DNA of 64,000 nucleotides from a virus (IMGVR_UViG_3300048672_000527:36770-100769); one strand, 5' to 3'. Numbered from the stretch's first letter, positions 1 through 8,626 are shown. The notes: generated from the sequence alone by a model not told the origin. Program-made: numbers and translations.

Positions 1-2
1 AG

Positions 3-173
3 CGTTTCAAACTCATTGTTAAAGAAGGAATGAAGCGTGGTTATAATTTCCAACACACAGATACACCAGTGTGTGATGTTGCTTCACACTGGTGGGGTGA
101 ATGGATACCAAGTGAAGCTGAAATTACCCGCAATGTAAACCGTATTAAAGAAAGAATGCCACTAAATGTTTGA
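3..173 (+). CDS. denV: Pyrimidine-dimer DNA glycosylase / endonuclease V, C-terminal fragment (5' truncated by window edge)
   Basis: My translation from nt 3, RFKLIVKEGMKRGYNFQHTDTPVCDVASHWWGEWIPSEAEITRNVNRIKERMPLNV*, aligns by eye with the T4 DenV C-terminus (..[33 protein letters not shown]). Not in the ORF track. Confidence 0.7.
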   Translation, partial: RFKLIVKEGMKRGYNFQHTDTPVCDVASHWWGEWIPSEAEITRNVNRIKERMPLNV

Positions 174-537
174 TAGAGTCACAGTAAATCAATCCCCTGC
201 ATATCCACAGTATGTTAACGTCACGGAGAAACGGGCACCCACGGATGACTCGGTCCGACTCTTGAAAGAGTTCCGCCAAGCAGCAGAAAAGGATTTGGTA
301 AGTTCTCTGAAACTAGAGAACAATCTAATTAGTGCTACACTTCATGTTTATAAAGACCCGTTACAGTGGAAAGAACAGTATGTTGTTCTTACAAAAATCA
401 ATGGGAAGAACTTCAGAATCGAAGTCGAGCGAGACCCGTATCAGAAAGAAACATGGGAAGAAGTGGTCTTCAACCGCGTTGCAGAATACATCGCCGCAGA
501 ACTTCTAGGTAAAGCCGGTAAACTAAAAGAGTATTAA
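166..537 (+). CDS. Hypothetical protein (123 aa)
   Basis: Open frame overlapping the denV stop; phage-like codon usage; no motif recognised. Confidence 0.7.
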   Translation: MFDRVTVNQSPAYPQYVNVTEKRAPTDDSVRLLKEFRQAAEKDLVSSLKLENNLISATLHVYKDPLQWKEQYVVLTKINGKNFRIEVERDPYQKETWEEVVFNRVAEYIAAELLGKAGKLKEY

Positions 538-565
538 TTTACTTTTATCCAAGATGTGATATAAT
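538..565 (+). promoter_or_regulatory. Early sigma70-type promoter
   Basis: TTTACT-N16-TATAAT with extended -10 (TGaTATAAT), just upstream of ATG 572; near-identical architecture to 3756-3784. Confidence 0.7.
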
Positions 566-571
566 GTTAAT

Positions 572-793
572 ATGAAAAATATTGCTATATTGTTTTTGAT
601 TATTACTCTATCGGGTTGTGGTAAGCGAATCGATGAGGGTATTGTGATCATGACAAATGACCAAATCATCGAGACAACACGAAAATGTGAAGCTGCCGGA
701 CTCGATGGTGATGCCGAACGAAATCCGTTCGCTAATGGTGTTGTGAAAATTAATTGTGTCCCGAGAAAGCATGTGGAATATGATCGACGTTAA
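572..793 (+). CDS. Small predicted lipoprotein
   Basis: MK + hydrophobic stretch + lipobox LSG|C; two further Cys. Confidence 0.7.
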   Translation: MKNIAILFLIITLSGCGKRIDEGIVIMTNDQIIETTRKCEAAGLDGDAERNPFANGVVKINCVPRKHVEYDRR

Positions 794-1037
794 ACAAATT
801 ACAGATGGTCGAATCCGTAGTATCGTTACGCGTACTCTCGATGACCACTTTCGTTCCACATATACACATCTAAATCTCGAAAAATACTCGGAGTATCTTG
901 TTCGCGAGACTGTTCTTGAATGTATTAAACAGATGGCATTCCCAGTAGATATGGAGAATCCATTTCATAAAACATTCGTAGAGAAACAATGGGATCACTT
1001 GGCTAAACGATTTAATTTACAAGAACATGGCAACTAA
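756..1037 (+). CDS. Hypothetical protein (true start probably 771 or 780)
   Basis: Open frame coupled to both neighbours; no motif. Confidence 0.55.
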   Translation: MSRESMWNMIDVKQITDGRIRSIVTRTLDDHFRSTYTHLNLEKYSEYLVRETVLECIKQMAFPVDMENPFHKTFVEKQWDHLAKRFNLQEHGN

Positions 1038-1227
1038 AAAAGTTTCACTTAGCATTGATGATATTTCAACTGCGTGTTGTAAATATGCTCAATCACAGGG
1101 TCTTGTTGATTTCACAGAGGGTGACTGGGCACTACAATTTAAAATTGGAATTACAAAGGATGATGATGGTAATGCTGTAGCAGAAATTGATGCAGCAGAA
1201 TTTGTACTGGAAATTAAAAATGACTGA
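1027..1227 (+). CDS. Small acidic hypothetical protein
   Basis: ATG overlapping the upstream gene end; stop overlaps the RNA ligase start. Confidence 0.6.
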   Translation: MATKKVSLSIDDISTACCKYAQSQGLVDFTEGDWALQFKIGITKDDDGNAVAEIDAAEFVLEIKND

Positions 1228-2302
1228 TATTACACGTAAACTAGCAACTATTCGCCGCATCGACAAAATCGAGCCCATCGAAGGTGCCGACAAAATCGTC
1301 AAGGCCACGGTTGGTGGTTGGCAACTTGTCACAGCTATCACTAATGGCTTTAAAGAAGGTGATCTTGTCATTTACCTAGAAATTGACTCTTGGGTACCGA
1401 CTGCAGTTGCTCCATTCTTGACTAAGCCCGGTCATACACCAAAGGTTTATAACGGTGTTGAGGGTGAAAAACTTCGCACAATTCGTTTACGCGGCCAAGT
1501 TTCTCAGGGTCTGCTGCTACCTATTCCAGCAGACTGGTCTTGTGATATGATTGATGGTGCAGCTCAGGAACTCGGTTATACTATCATTGGTGGCACGGTC
1601 ATTTACATGGAAGATGCCGATGTTACTGAACTACTTGGTATCCAGAAGTACGAAAAGCCCCTGTCCGCTGAATTAGCTGGTACAGCCCGCGGTAATTTTC
1701 CTTCTCGAATTCCAAAGACAGATCAAGAACGTATTCAGAATCTTGCCAAGGAAATGAACACTAAATTCCGTAATGTTGAGTGGGAAGTAACCGAAAAACT
1801 AGAAGGTTCTTCTATGACCGTCTATGTTTTAGATGGTGTATTCGGAGTCTGTTCTCGGAATCTTGACTTGGTTCGCAACGAAGAAAACACTTTCTGGAAA
1901 ACTGCTATCGATGAAAAGTTGGAAGAAAAACTTCTAGGTCTTGGTATTGATATTGCTATTCAAGGTGAGTTGATTGGTCCAGGAATTCAGGACAATATCT
2001 ATATGCTCTCCGAATACCAGTTCCGTGTATTTGATGTGATTGACATTCCAACACGTTCTTACTACGCACCAGCTCAACGTCGAAATTTGATTAAAGAACT
2101 ATGTCTCCAACATGCCCCGGTAATTCACACCAATTGGCTGCTGGATGCAGAAACCATGCAGGACATTATTAAAATGGCCGATGGTGAGTCTGTTGTTTGT
2201 GATAAACATGTGGCACGTGAGGGTATTGTTTTTAAGTCTATTGCCGGCACGATGTCGTTCAAGTCAATTTCACAGAAATATCTATTAAATTCTGTTGATT
2301 AA
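1220..2302 (+). CDS. ATP-dependent RNA ligase, DRB0094 family
   Basis: N-terminal RKLATIRRIDKIEPIEGADKI..GGWQ OB-like module; motif I EVTEKLEGSS; QGELIGPGIQ; FRVFD; REGIVFK; FKSIS. Start moved from 1187 to ATG 1220. Confidence 0.85.
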   Translation: MTDITRKLATIRRIDKIEPIEGADKIVKATVGGWQLVTAITNGFKEGDLVIYLEIDSWVPTAVAPFLTKPGHTPKVYNGVEGEKLRTIRLRGQVSQGLLLPIPADWSCDMIDGAAQELGYTIIGGTVIYMEDADVTELLGIQKYEKPLSAELAGTARGNFPSRIPKTDQERIQNLAKEMNTKFRNVEWEVTEKLEGSSMTVYVLDGVFGVCSRNLDLVRNEENTFWKTAIDEKLEEKLLGLGIDIAIQGELIGPGIQDNIYMLSEYQFRVFDVIDIPTRSYYAPAQRRNLIKELCLQHAPVIHTNWLLDAETMQDIIKMADGESVVCDKHVAREGIVFKSIAGTMSFKSISQKYLLNSVD

Positions 2303-2883
2303 TCCACTTAGTAAAAACATTTACAGACATTTCCTTTTTATCACATAACCTACATATTCTATTTTTTGGTTTACCGCTTAGTGCTTTACTTATATTTTTT
2401 TTATGATTTTCTGTTTTTGATGAATTAAACCATGGGTCTCTTAATACCCAATTTAGATTTTGAATATTTTGATTTTCGCTCTAATGTCCATGACTCTTTT
2501 TGCGCGTTTATAATTGATTCACGTTTTTCTAGCCACATCTTTTTTAAAGATTCAGATATTTTTGCTTTTTGAACATCAGAAAATATATGTCCCCTGTGAC
2601 CAATTGGAGCGCCATCTAATCCGTTCTCGTTGATTAAATTTGCCCATTCTTCTGATTCAATTATATTATTTTGGTCTGAGAAATTTGTTGCAAAATTTAT
2701 TAAAGTTTTTTTGTCTGTGAATAAACAATACCAAACAGTTTCGATATTATTTCCGTGTATTTTAATATGATTTTGCCAATATTTCCCGGAACCTTGATAT
2801 TTTTCCGGGTATTTAGTTGTTTTTCCGAAATATTGTATTCCGGTAGTTCTGTGTTTCTTTATGTAAAGGTAGGTTGGTTGCAT
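2259..2883 (-). pseudogene. Seg-like GIY-YIG homing endonuclease interrupted by a 1-nt frameshift near 2433
   Basis: YLYIKKH..TGIQYFGKT..YQGSGKYW N-terminal nuclease domain stops at 2425, but the next frame continues WFNSSKTENHKKNISKALSGKPKNRICRLCDKKEMSVNVFTKW.. (NUMOD3-like + CxxC) to a stop at 2261-2259. Confidence 0.75.
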
Positions 2884-2901
2884 GTCTTTTTCTCCTATAA
2901 G

Positions 2902-2909
2902 TATTTATA
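2902..2909 (-). promoter_or_regulatory. T4-type late promoter (TATAAATA)
   Basis: Exact TATAAATA on the minus strand, then AGGAGA RBS (2896-2891) and ATG 2883. Confidence 0.75.
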
Positions 2910-2964
2910 GTTTTATAAAATCAACAATTTCTAATGTTTATCTTGAAAAGCAGAAGGATTAATC

Positions 2965-3201
2965 ATGACATTTGAAACATTTTCGATTATTCTGTATACA
3001 GTTTCGGCTATATTTTGTCTACTGGCATACGGAATTGATATGTATATTGATTGGAGAAGTGGTACTGATATTAAGTTGGGTGAATTCTACTATTGTCTAC
3101 TTTCATTTATACCACTGGTCAGTACTGTTATATTGATATCAGTAGTTTTTATGGCACTAAACAAAATTGGAAATAAAGTAGTAATCAAAGGCAAAAATTG
3201 A
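2965..3201 (+). CDS. Small two-TM membrane protein, paralogue 1
   Basis: Two hydrophobic segments, FIP motif, basic KVVIKGK tail shared with 3313 and 3540. Confidence 0.75.
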   Translation: MTFETFSIILYTVSAIFCLLAYGIDMYIDWRSGTDIKLGEFYYCLLSFIPLVSTVILISVVFMALNKIGNKVVIKGKN

Positions 3202-3311
3202 AATACTGGTCCAAATTTGAATACTTTTTGGTCATAGTCAATTTGTTGGCTTGGCCAACCAATGGTGTTCTTTTTTATCTAATTGTTCAACAAATTCAAC
3301 ACTTGAAATAA
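3198..3311 (+). CDS. 37-aa membrane peptide (TTG start)
   Basis: MKYWSKFEYFLVIVNLLAWPTNGVLFYLIVQQIQHLK*; TTGA overlap with the upstream stop; fills the gap exactly. Below the ORF-track cutoff. Confidence 0.5.
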   Translation: MKYWSKFEYFLVIVNLLAWPTNGVLFYLIVQQIQHLK

Positions 3312-3312
3312 T

Positions 3313-3543
3313 ATGTGGTTGCTTATTTTTTTCTATCTTTTACCACTCTGTATTACATGCTTTGTAACACTTAAGTTTCTTCGTGATGAACTTCGAGAAG
3401 GCTATGATATTAGATTACAAGATATCAGCGTTTTAATTTTGGCATTTGTCCCAATTCTAAATGTACTAACTCTAGTTGTAATAATTTCAATGTTGTTTGA
3501 TGATAATCCCGTTATCATCAGAAGTAAAGGTAAAACAGAATGA
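3313..3543 (+). CDS. Small two-TM membrane protein, paralogue 2
   Basis: FVPILN motif, two hydrophobic segments, basic tail. Confidence 0.75.
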   Translation: MWLLIFFYLLPLCITCFVTLKFLRDELREGYDIRLQDISVLILAFVPILNVLTLVVIISMLFDDNPVIIRSKGKTE

Positions 3544-3755
3544 TTTATTTCTATTTTCTGCCGATGCTAGCTCTTCTGTTATTATTTGGTTTTGTTCTGT
3601 TTTTCGAGTGGTGGAACGGTAATCCAGTCCGAACAACTGATATTGGAGTTATTGTTTCTTCATTTATCCCTGTCGTTAATATCTTTATTCTTATGTTTAT
3701 GCTTATCGAGATTGCGAAATCCGATAAAGTTATTTTCAAAGGCCGCGGAAAATAA
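3540..3755 (+). CDS. Small two-TM membrane protein, paralogue 3
   Basis: FIPVVN motif, KVIFKGRGK tail, ATGA coupling. Confidence 0.75.
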   Translation: MIYFYFLPMLALLLLFGFVLFFEWWNGNPVRTTDIGVIVSSFIPVVNIFILMFMLIEIAKSDKVIFKGRGK

Positions 3756-3784
3756 TTTACTCATCTAGTAAAGTGTGTTATAAT
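3756..3784 (+). promoter_or_regulatory. Early sigma70-type promoter
   Basis: TTTACT-N17-TATAAT with TGtTATAAT extended -10, 6 nt before ATG 3791. Confidence 0.75.
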
Positions 3785-3790
3785 CAAACT

Positions 3791-4060
3791 ATGAATATTA
3801 AAGAAACTGATAACCTAATCCTCGCAAATCGTGGGAACAATAAAGTTCTCGACGGTGTTATTGAAACCGCAAACAAAATCAAAACACGTATTGATTGGGA
3901 AATGGATAAGTTCCTCCGAGATCACGTAAAGGGTATTGAAGGTATTAAGAAATTAGAGGTAAACACTGCCAGCCCTCTATACCGTTACTATAATCACAAA
4001 ATCCGTCAATACGGCGACTGTGAACGTATTATCCGCGTAGCTACAGCATTCAAAGTATGA
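3791..4060 (+). CDS. Hypothetical protein
   Basis: Start reassigned to ATG 3791 because the track start (3773) lies inside the promoter. Confidence 0.65.
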   Translation: MNIKETDNLILANRGNNKVLDGVIETANKIKTRIDWEMDKFLRDHVKGIEGIKKLEVNTASPLYRYYNHKIRQYGDCERIIRVATAFKV

Positions 4061-4257
4061 TTGAAACACAAAGATACACAACAGAAGAAGCATTGCGATT
4101 AGCATTCAAAACAGACCGATATACAATTGGTAATATCGCTAATGCGGATATTAATGATGTTATTAGTGTATCCGTATCATTCGATGTTAAGGTTCCAGCC
4201 AAATACGCCAAAGCAATTCTAAAAGATTATATTAATGAACAAATTCACAACCCTTGA
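4057..4257 (+). CDS. Hypothetical protein
   Basis: ATGA coupling to the upstream gene. Confidence 0.6.
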   Translation: MIETQRYTTEEALRLAFKTDRYTIGNIANADINDVISVSVSFDVKVPAKYAKAILKDYINEQIHNP

Positions 4258-4516
4258 TGATGATGAAGTACTGTCTGCCACTACATCTGATAAAATTTTA
4301 TTCCGTAGTGCAAATGAATTTAGCATGTTCATTATCAACACAGCGAACAAGAACTTTGAAACCCTAACGGCCACTATTCTCTCGTACTGTGATGAACGAG
4401 ACATCGATCCAGAAAATATTGCCAAATTAATCAGCAAGAATCTAAAAGAGCGAATTGCTCTCGAAATGGAAGAAGCCGGTTTGATGCGCCGAGAATCATC
4501 GGGATCATTTGAATGA
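4235..4516 (+). CDS. gp33: Late-transcription coactivator
   Basis: ILSYCDERDIDPENIAKLISKNLKERIALE motif; position before gp59. Confidence 0.85.
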   Translation: MNKFTTLDDDEVLSATTSDKILFRSANEFSMFIINTANKNFETLTATILSYCDERDIDPENIAKLISKNLKERIALEMEEAGLMRRESSGSFE

Positions 4517-5075
4517 AATGCTTGATCCAATTAAATGTCTAAAACTTTATATGGCGTGCAAGCTGCACTTTACAACAAAGTACGACTTATTTAAAAACGA
4601 GGGTAGAGTACCAGGTATTAATTCTGATGCTCTTAATAAAAATGGTGCTCGTAAACACCTGATAATGAGACTCGCAGAGTCTATTGGTTCGTATAGAGAA
4701 TTAGTGAATTATTTTGTGGCATCTTATGCTTATGCTGATAACGGTGCTCTTTATAATGTGATGGAAGCCGACGAGAATTATCGGCTTTGGAATAAAAATA
4801 AGATGTCAACCACTCAGATTATTGTAGATGATTTGTACGGTTTAAACATCAAAGAGATTATTATGGGTGATGAACCAACTATATTCCGTAAGGTTGTGGG
4901 TGGTGAAATTCACATTGAGAGTGCGGTTGCACTGAATCAAATACTTCACTTTGTCGGAGAAGATTATTTCGTATTTAGTAAAATCGCGAATAAAATAGTC
5001 AAGTTGGACAGATTTGTTAAGTTTGACAAGGAAAAGGTATGTACAGAATTGGAGTTGAATCTTGAAACCGCGTAA
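4509..5075 (+). CDS. gp59: Helicase loader (start may be ATG 4518)
   Basis: LYMACKLHFTTKYDLFK..G N-terminal motif; gp33-gp59-gp32 synteny. Confidence 0.85.
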   Translation: MNEMLDPIKCLKLYMACKLHFTTKYDLFKNEGRVPGINSDALNKNGARKHLIMRLAESIGSYRELVNYFVASYAYADNGALYNVMEADENYRLWNKNKMSTTQIIVDDLYGLNIKEIIMGDEPTIFRKVVGGEIHIESAVALNQILHFVGEDYFVFSKIANKIVKLDRFVKFDKEKVCTELELNLETA

Positions 5076-5244
5076 GAATGAGTATGATCGAGCCGACCGA
5101 AAGGCAAGGGTTGCTCAGAAAAATATTTTACGAGAAAAGAGATTTGCAGTTTCAAATATGCTAAATACTTTGTCAGATGATGAGTTTGACACAAAAGACT
5201 ATTACACTAAACCAGGCCTTGTGCCACTTAAAAGGAAAAACTAA
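5062..5244 (+). CDS. Small basic hypothetical protein
   Basis: TTG start; fills the gap between gp59 and gp32. Confidence 0.55.
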   Translation: MKPRKNEYDRADRKARVAQKNILREKRFAVSNMLNTLSDDEFDTKDYYTKPGLVPLKRKN

Positions 5245-5245
5245 A

Positions 5246-6163
5246 ATGACAATTACTTTAGACTCTCTGAAGAAATCTCGCAACCTAGACTTTGGTAATA
5301 TTACCAAGGCTCTGTCTAAATCAAACGAAGCATCATTCAAGAAAGATGATGACAACTACTTCAAACTGACCCGTGACAAGGCAGGCAATGGAAGTGCAGT
5401 AATTCGTTTTCTCCCAGCTGCTCCAGGTGATGAACTTCCATGGGTTCAGGTATATACTCGCGCTTTCAAAGGACCTACAGGTCGTTGGTACATAGAGAAC
5501 TGCCGTTCTACCATTGGTGAGGATGATCCAGTAAACGATTCTAACCGTATTCTATACAACTCCGGAAACGAGAAGGATAAGGAAATTGCGAAGGAGCGCA
5601 AGCGTAAGCTGGAATACCATGCGAACATTTTGGTTATTTCTGACCCAGGCAATCGTGCAAACGAAGGTAAGGTCATGCAATTTAAGTTCGGTAAGAAAAT
5701 CTGGGAAAAGATCAAGGATAAGCTGGAACCATCCTTTGAAGATGAACAACCAGTAAACGTCTTCGACCTTTGGGAAGGTGCCAACTTCAAGCTGCGTATT
5801 CGCCAGTACGAGGGTTATGGTAACTACGACCAGAGTACATTTGAGTCCCCAAGTGCCGTTGCTGAAACCGACGAAGAAATTCTCGAAATCGTTAATAAGC
5901 AAAAGCCTTTGAGTCCGCTACTTGATCCTAAGAACTTCAAGTCGTACGCTGATCTTAAGAAGAAGTTTGAGAGTGTTATCTCCGCTTCTACTGAAGCTGC
6001 CCGTAAGGCAGAACAGGAGATGGAAGATGCCCCAGTTCGTGAGTCAGCTGCTAAACCTGTAAAGGAAGCAAAGGCTCCTGCTAAGGCAAAGGTTGAAAAG
6101 ACAGCATCTCCAGATATGGAAGACGAAGATGATTCCGCATTCTTTGCGGCTATCGCTGACTAA
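5246..6163 (+). CDS. gp32: Single-stranded DNA-binding protein
   Basis: DKAGNGSAVIRFLPA, WYIENC, FKFGKKIWEKI, FDLWEGANFKLRIR, YGNYD; acidic C-tail. Start reassigned to ATG 5246. Confidence 0.95.
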   Translation: MTITLDSLKKSRNLDFGNITKALSKSNEASFKKDDDNYFKLTRDKAGNGSAVIRFLPAAPGDELPWVQVYTRAFKGPTGRWYIENCRSTIGEDDPVNDSNRILYNSGNEKDKEIAKERKRKLEYHANILVISDPGNRANEGKVMQFKFGKKIWEKIKDKLEPSFEDEQPVNVFDLWEGANFKLRIRQYEGYGNYDQSTFESPSAVAETDEEILEIVNKQKPLSPLLDPKNFKSYADLKKKFESVISASTEAARKAEQEMEDAPVRESAAKPVKEAKAPAKAKVEKTASPDMEDEDDSAFFAAIAD

Positions 6164-7750
6164 TCAGAATGAAAATAAGGAACTAAGTCTAGCATTTAGA
6201 CTTGGTTCTATATTTCTGACGGGTGGTTTAACATTCACCTGAGTAACATTTTTACTGTTACTGATATTGTTATTAACGACGGTTGGAGACGATTGAGTTT
6301 TAGAAGACTCATTTGTTTTAGCCGTCGTTTCTGCTACTGCAATACTCTTCGCCAGTTCTGCACTTTGAGCTTCACGTGGTGTAGTAGTGGGCTTGCTTGC
6401 TCTTAGTGCTGCAGCTTGTTTATCTCGTTCTTCCATGATTTTCATAGGATCATCTTGAAATAAGTCTGCTGCCTTACCACCAAGCCAGCTACCAAGTTTA
6501 TCTGCTCCTAGAGCTTTTGCACCATAATACCCAGCAGCACCAGCACCACCAACTGCAAGAGCTGGTAAAGCAACACTACCAAGTCCACGTACTGCTGTTC
6601 CTGCGAGTCCACCTAAGGCCCCTGCACCGGCGCCAGCAATACTACTAAGTCCACTTGCTGCAGATGATGCGAGTCCACCCATAGAACTCATTAGACTCAT
6701 AATGGCATTGCCGTTACTTGCACTTGGCTTGTCACCAGATGCTTTTGAGAATGGTGCTTTTAATTTACTTGTCAATGCAGACAGTAAATTACGTTTTGGG
6801 TCTTTCTTTTCCTTCTTTGTTTCCTCAGAAGATTTTGTTAGTTTCTTAAGTTCTGCTAGTTGTTCTTCGTTAAGTTTCAATAACTCCTCTTGCATACCTT
6901 CTTTAACACCACGGATGACACCATCTTTTTGTTGAGGAGATAGTGGGCCAAGTTTTCCCTCTACACCTTTGATTGCTTCATCACCAGCGTTGGTACTATT
7001 ATACAGATGCTCAAGAAGCTCGGTGATAGATGCAGCCTTATCCCCGCTTGTGGTTTTCATTGTAAAAGGAAGACCATTATCCTTCTTTTTTGTCTTTGGT
7101 GCGGCGGTCTGTTTTGGTTTATCTGCGTTCTTGAAGAAATCAAGTTCAGATACAGTTAGGCCGCCTTCCTTGTTAACGGCGTTATCATAGAACTTAAGTT
7201 CATCAAGCTTTTCGTCGTTCAAGTCAAGAGTACCACCTGAACGAGACTTGACAGCTGATTGTTCTTTCTTTAGACCGTCAATTTTCTCGCGGAGTTTAAG
7301 AATCTGGTCCGCCATTTCTAGAGAAAGTGCAGCAGCTTCCTTCTCCATCTTTGCACGTTTCTTTTTATCCGTCTCAGCATTAATCAGATTAGTACGATCC
7401 TGCCCCTCGGCACTATACTTCATCCAGTCAGCTGCTGTCTCTAGTTTCTTGGTTTCTTTTGCCTTTGCTTCTTCTTTCTTTGCTACCTTGGCATCAGTAA
7501 TTGATGCAGCCAGACCCCCGATAAATGTGTCCCCACCCTTACCAAGAAGTTGAGCTACACCCTTAGCAGTAAACATTGATTTAACATTTCCCGCCATCTC
7601 TCCTGCCTTGGCTTTCAGAAAACCCCCAGCACCAAGTGGTTTGTCAGACTTCTTTCCTTCTTTCTCGATCCGTTTGGTTAGATCAAGAACAGCTTTAATT
7701 AGTTTGTCTGATTGCTTATATTTCTTATCTTCTGTAATGATGGTAGTCAT
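6164..7750 (-). CDS. Tape-measure / baseplate-hub (gp29-like) protein
   Basis: Long Lys/Glu/Ala helical protein with a Gly/Ala hydrophobic segment and a PTVVNNNISN..PPVRN C-tail; directly after gp26/gp51. Start reassigned to 7750. Confidence 0.6.
   Translation of the reverse strand: MTTIITEDKKYKQSDKLIKAVLDLTKRIEKEGKKSDKPLGAGGFLKAKAGEMAGNVKSMFTAKGVAQLLGKGGDTFIGGLAASITDAKVAKKEEAKAKETKKLETAADWMKYSAEGQDRTNLINAETDKKKRAKMEKEAAALSLEMADQILKLREKIDGLKKEQSAVKSRSGGTLDLNDEKLDELKFYDNAVNKEGGLTVSELDFFKNADKPKQTAAPKTKKKDNGLPFTMKTTSGDKAASITELLEHLYNSTNAGDEAIKGVEGKLGPLSPQQKDGVIRGVKEGMQEELLKLNEEQLAELKKLTKSSEETKKEKKDPKRNLLSALTSKLKAPFSKASGDKPSASNGNAIMSLMSSMGGLASSAASGLSSIAGAGAGALGGLAGTAVRGLGSVALPALAVGGAGAAGYYGAKALGADKLGSWLGGKAADLFQDDPMKIMEERDKQAAALRASKPTTTPREAQSAELAKSIAVAETTAKTNESSKTQSSPTVVNNNISNSKNVTQVNVKPPVRNIEPSLNARLSSLFSF
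6180..6213 (+). terminator. Hairpin downstream of gp32, inside the 3' end of the convergent gene
   Basis: GAACTAAGTCTA-gcatt-TAGACTTGGTTC (12-bp stem, one G-U) followed by an AT-rich stretch. Confidence 0.55.
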
Positions 7751-7751
7751 T

Positions 7752-7931
7752 TTAGCCTCGCGCAGCCTTTTCGTTCTGTTCATTGATATGCTTATTCAGC
7801 ATCTCCACGTATATTTCCCGTTCAAAAGGCAACATATAATCCAAATCTGACATAGTGAAGTTATGGTGCTTCATTAATTTAAAATTCGTGTCGTAGTGAT
7901 TGAATAAGTTCTCGTGCGCGAGGCAAATTAA
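7752..7931 (-). CDS. gp51: Baseplate hub assembly protein gp51-like segment (no own start for its conserved N-part; reached by -1 frameshift from gp26)
   Basis: My translation LICLAHENLFNHYDTNFKLMKHHNFTMSDLDYMLPFEREIYVEMLNKHINEQNEKAARG* matches the short gp51 family pattern (H.NL..Y..NF.LM.HH.....MLP.ERE.Y). Confidence 0.8.
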   Translation of the reverse strand, partial: LICLAHENLFNHYDTNFKLMKHHNFTMSDLDYMLPFEREIYVEMLNKHINEQNEKAARG

Positions 7932-8626
7932 AAAAAACCTGCGATGCTATTGATAGCGTTCTTATTCTCAAAACCACAATGTGGGCAAGTCCACTCTGTC
8001 TTTAGTTCAATAGTGGGTATAGTCTCTATGAATTCGATAATTTTTGCAAATTCATCATCTGTTCGATTGTCCAAGAATGCAATAACCTCTTGTGTGTCTC
8101 CGTCTTTGGTGTGATATACTGTATCACCAAAGTATACGGATTCAATAGAAGATGCACAGACCTTCAATCTCTGTGCCGTTGCATCCTTTATTTCTGTAAT
8201 ATCAGATAAATCCTGCATTGAAGGATAACGCATTGTTAGTGCAAGTGAATCTGATAATTTGATATTCTTACTATGGGTATCCTTACGGATAACCTCTACC
8301 TTAGAAATATCAATCTTAATGGCGGTTTGTTTTTCACATGACTTACATGTTGCATCAACCTCTACTGATTCACCAACACTTTTACTACGGATTTGAACGA
8401 ATAGATATTCAATATCAAATGTAGTCAGGTCACCCGAGTAGTTATTCATACAGCTACGGACAACGGAATCGAGTGTGCTTAGAAGTGTTGATGTTTCTTC
8501 AGATTCTTGAGCTAATAGCAACGCCCGTTCTTCCTTGACAACAAATGGTCTAAATTTCACCTTCTTACCAGATGACGGAATAGTTACTTCATAGTAAGTA
8601 GCAGTGTCAATTTGCGATAGTTTCAT
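7928..8626 (-). CDS. gp26: Baseplate hub subunit / assembly chaperone
   Basis: YEVTIPSSGKKVKFRPFVVKEERALLLA; FDIEYLFVQIRSKSVGE; two CxxC; ends GFF*. Start 8626 with GGAG RBS. Confidence 0.9.
   Translation of the reverse strand: MKLSQIDTATYYEVTIPSSGKKVKFRPFVVKEERALLLAQESEETSTLLSTLDSVVRSCMNNYSGDLTTFDIEYLFVQIRSKSVGESVEVDATCKSCEKQTAIKIDISKVEVIRKDTHSKNIKLSDSLALTMRYPSMQDLSDITEIKDATAQRLKVCASSIESVYFGDTVYHTKDGDTQEVIAFLDNRTDDEFAKIIEFIETIPTIELKTEWTCPHCGFENKNAINSIAGFF

Noticed and set aside
5246-6163. gp32 lacks the T4 His/Cys3 zinc site
   Set aside because: Zinc-free gp32 is common outside the T-even group, so not unusual.
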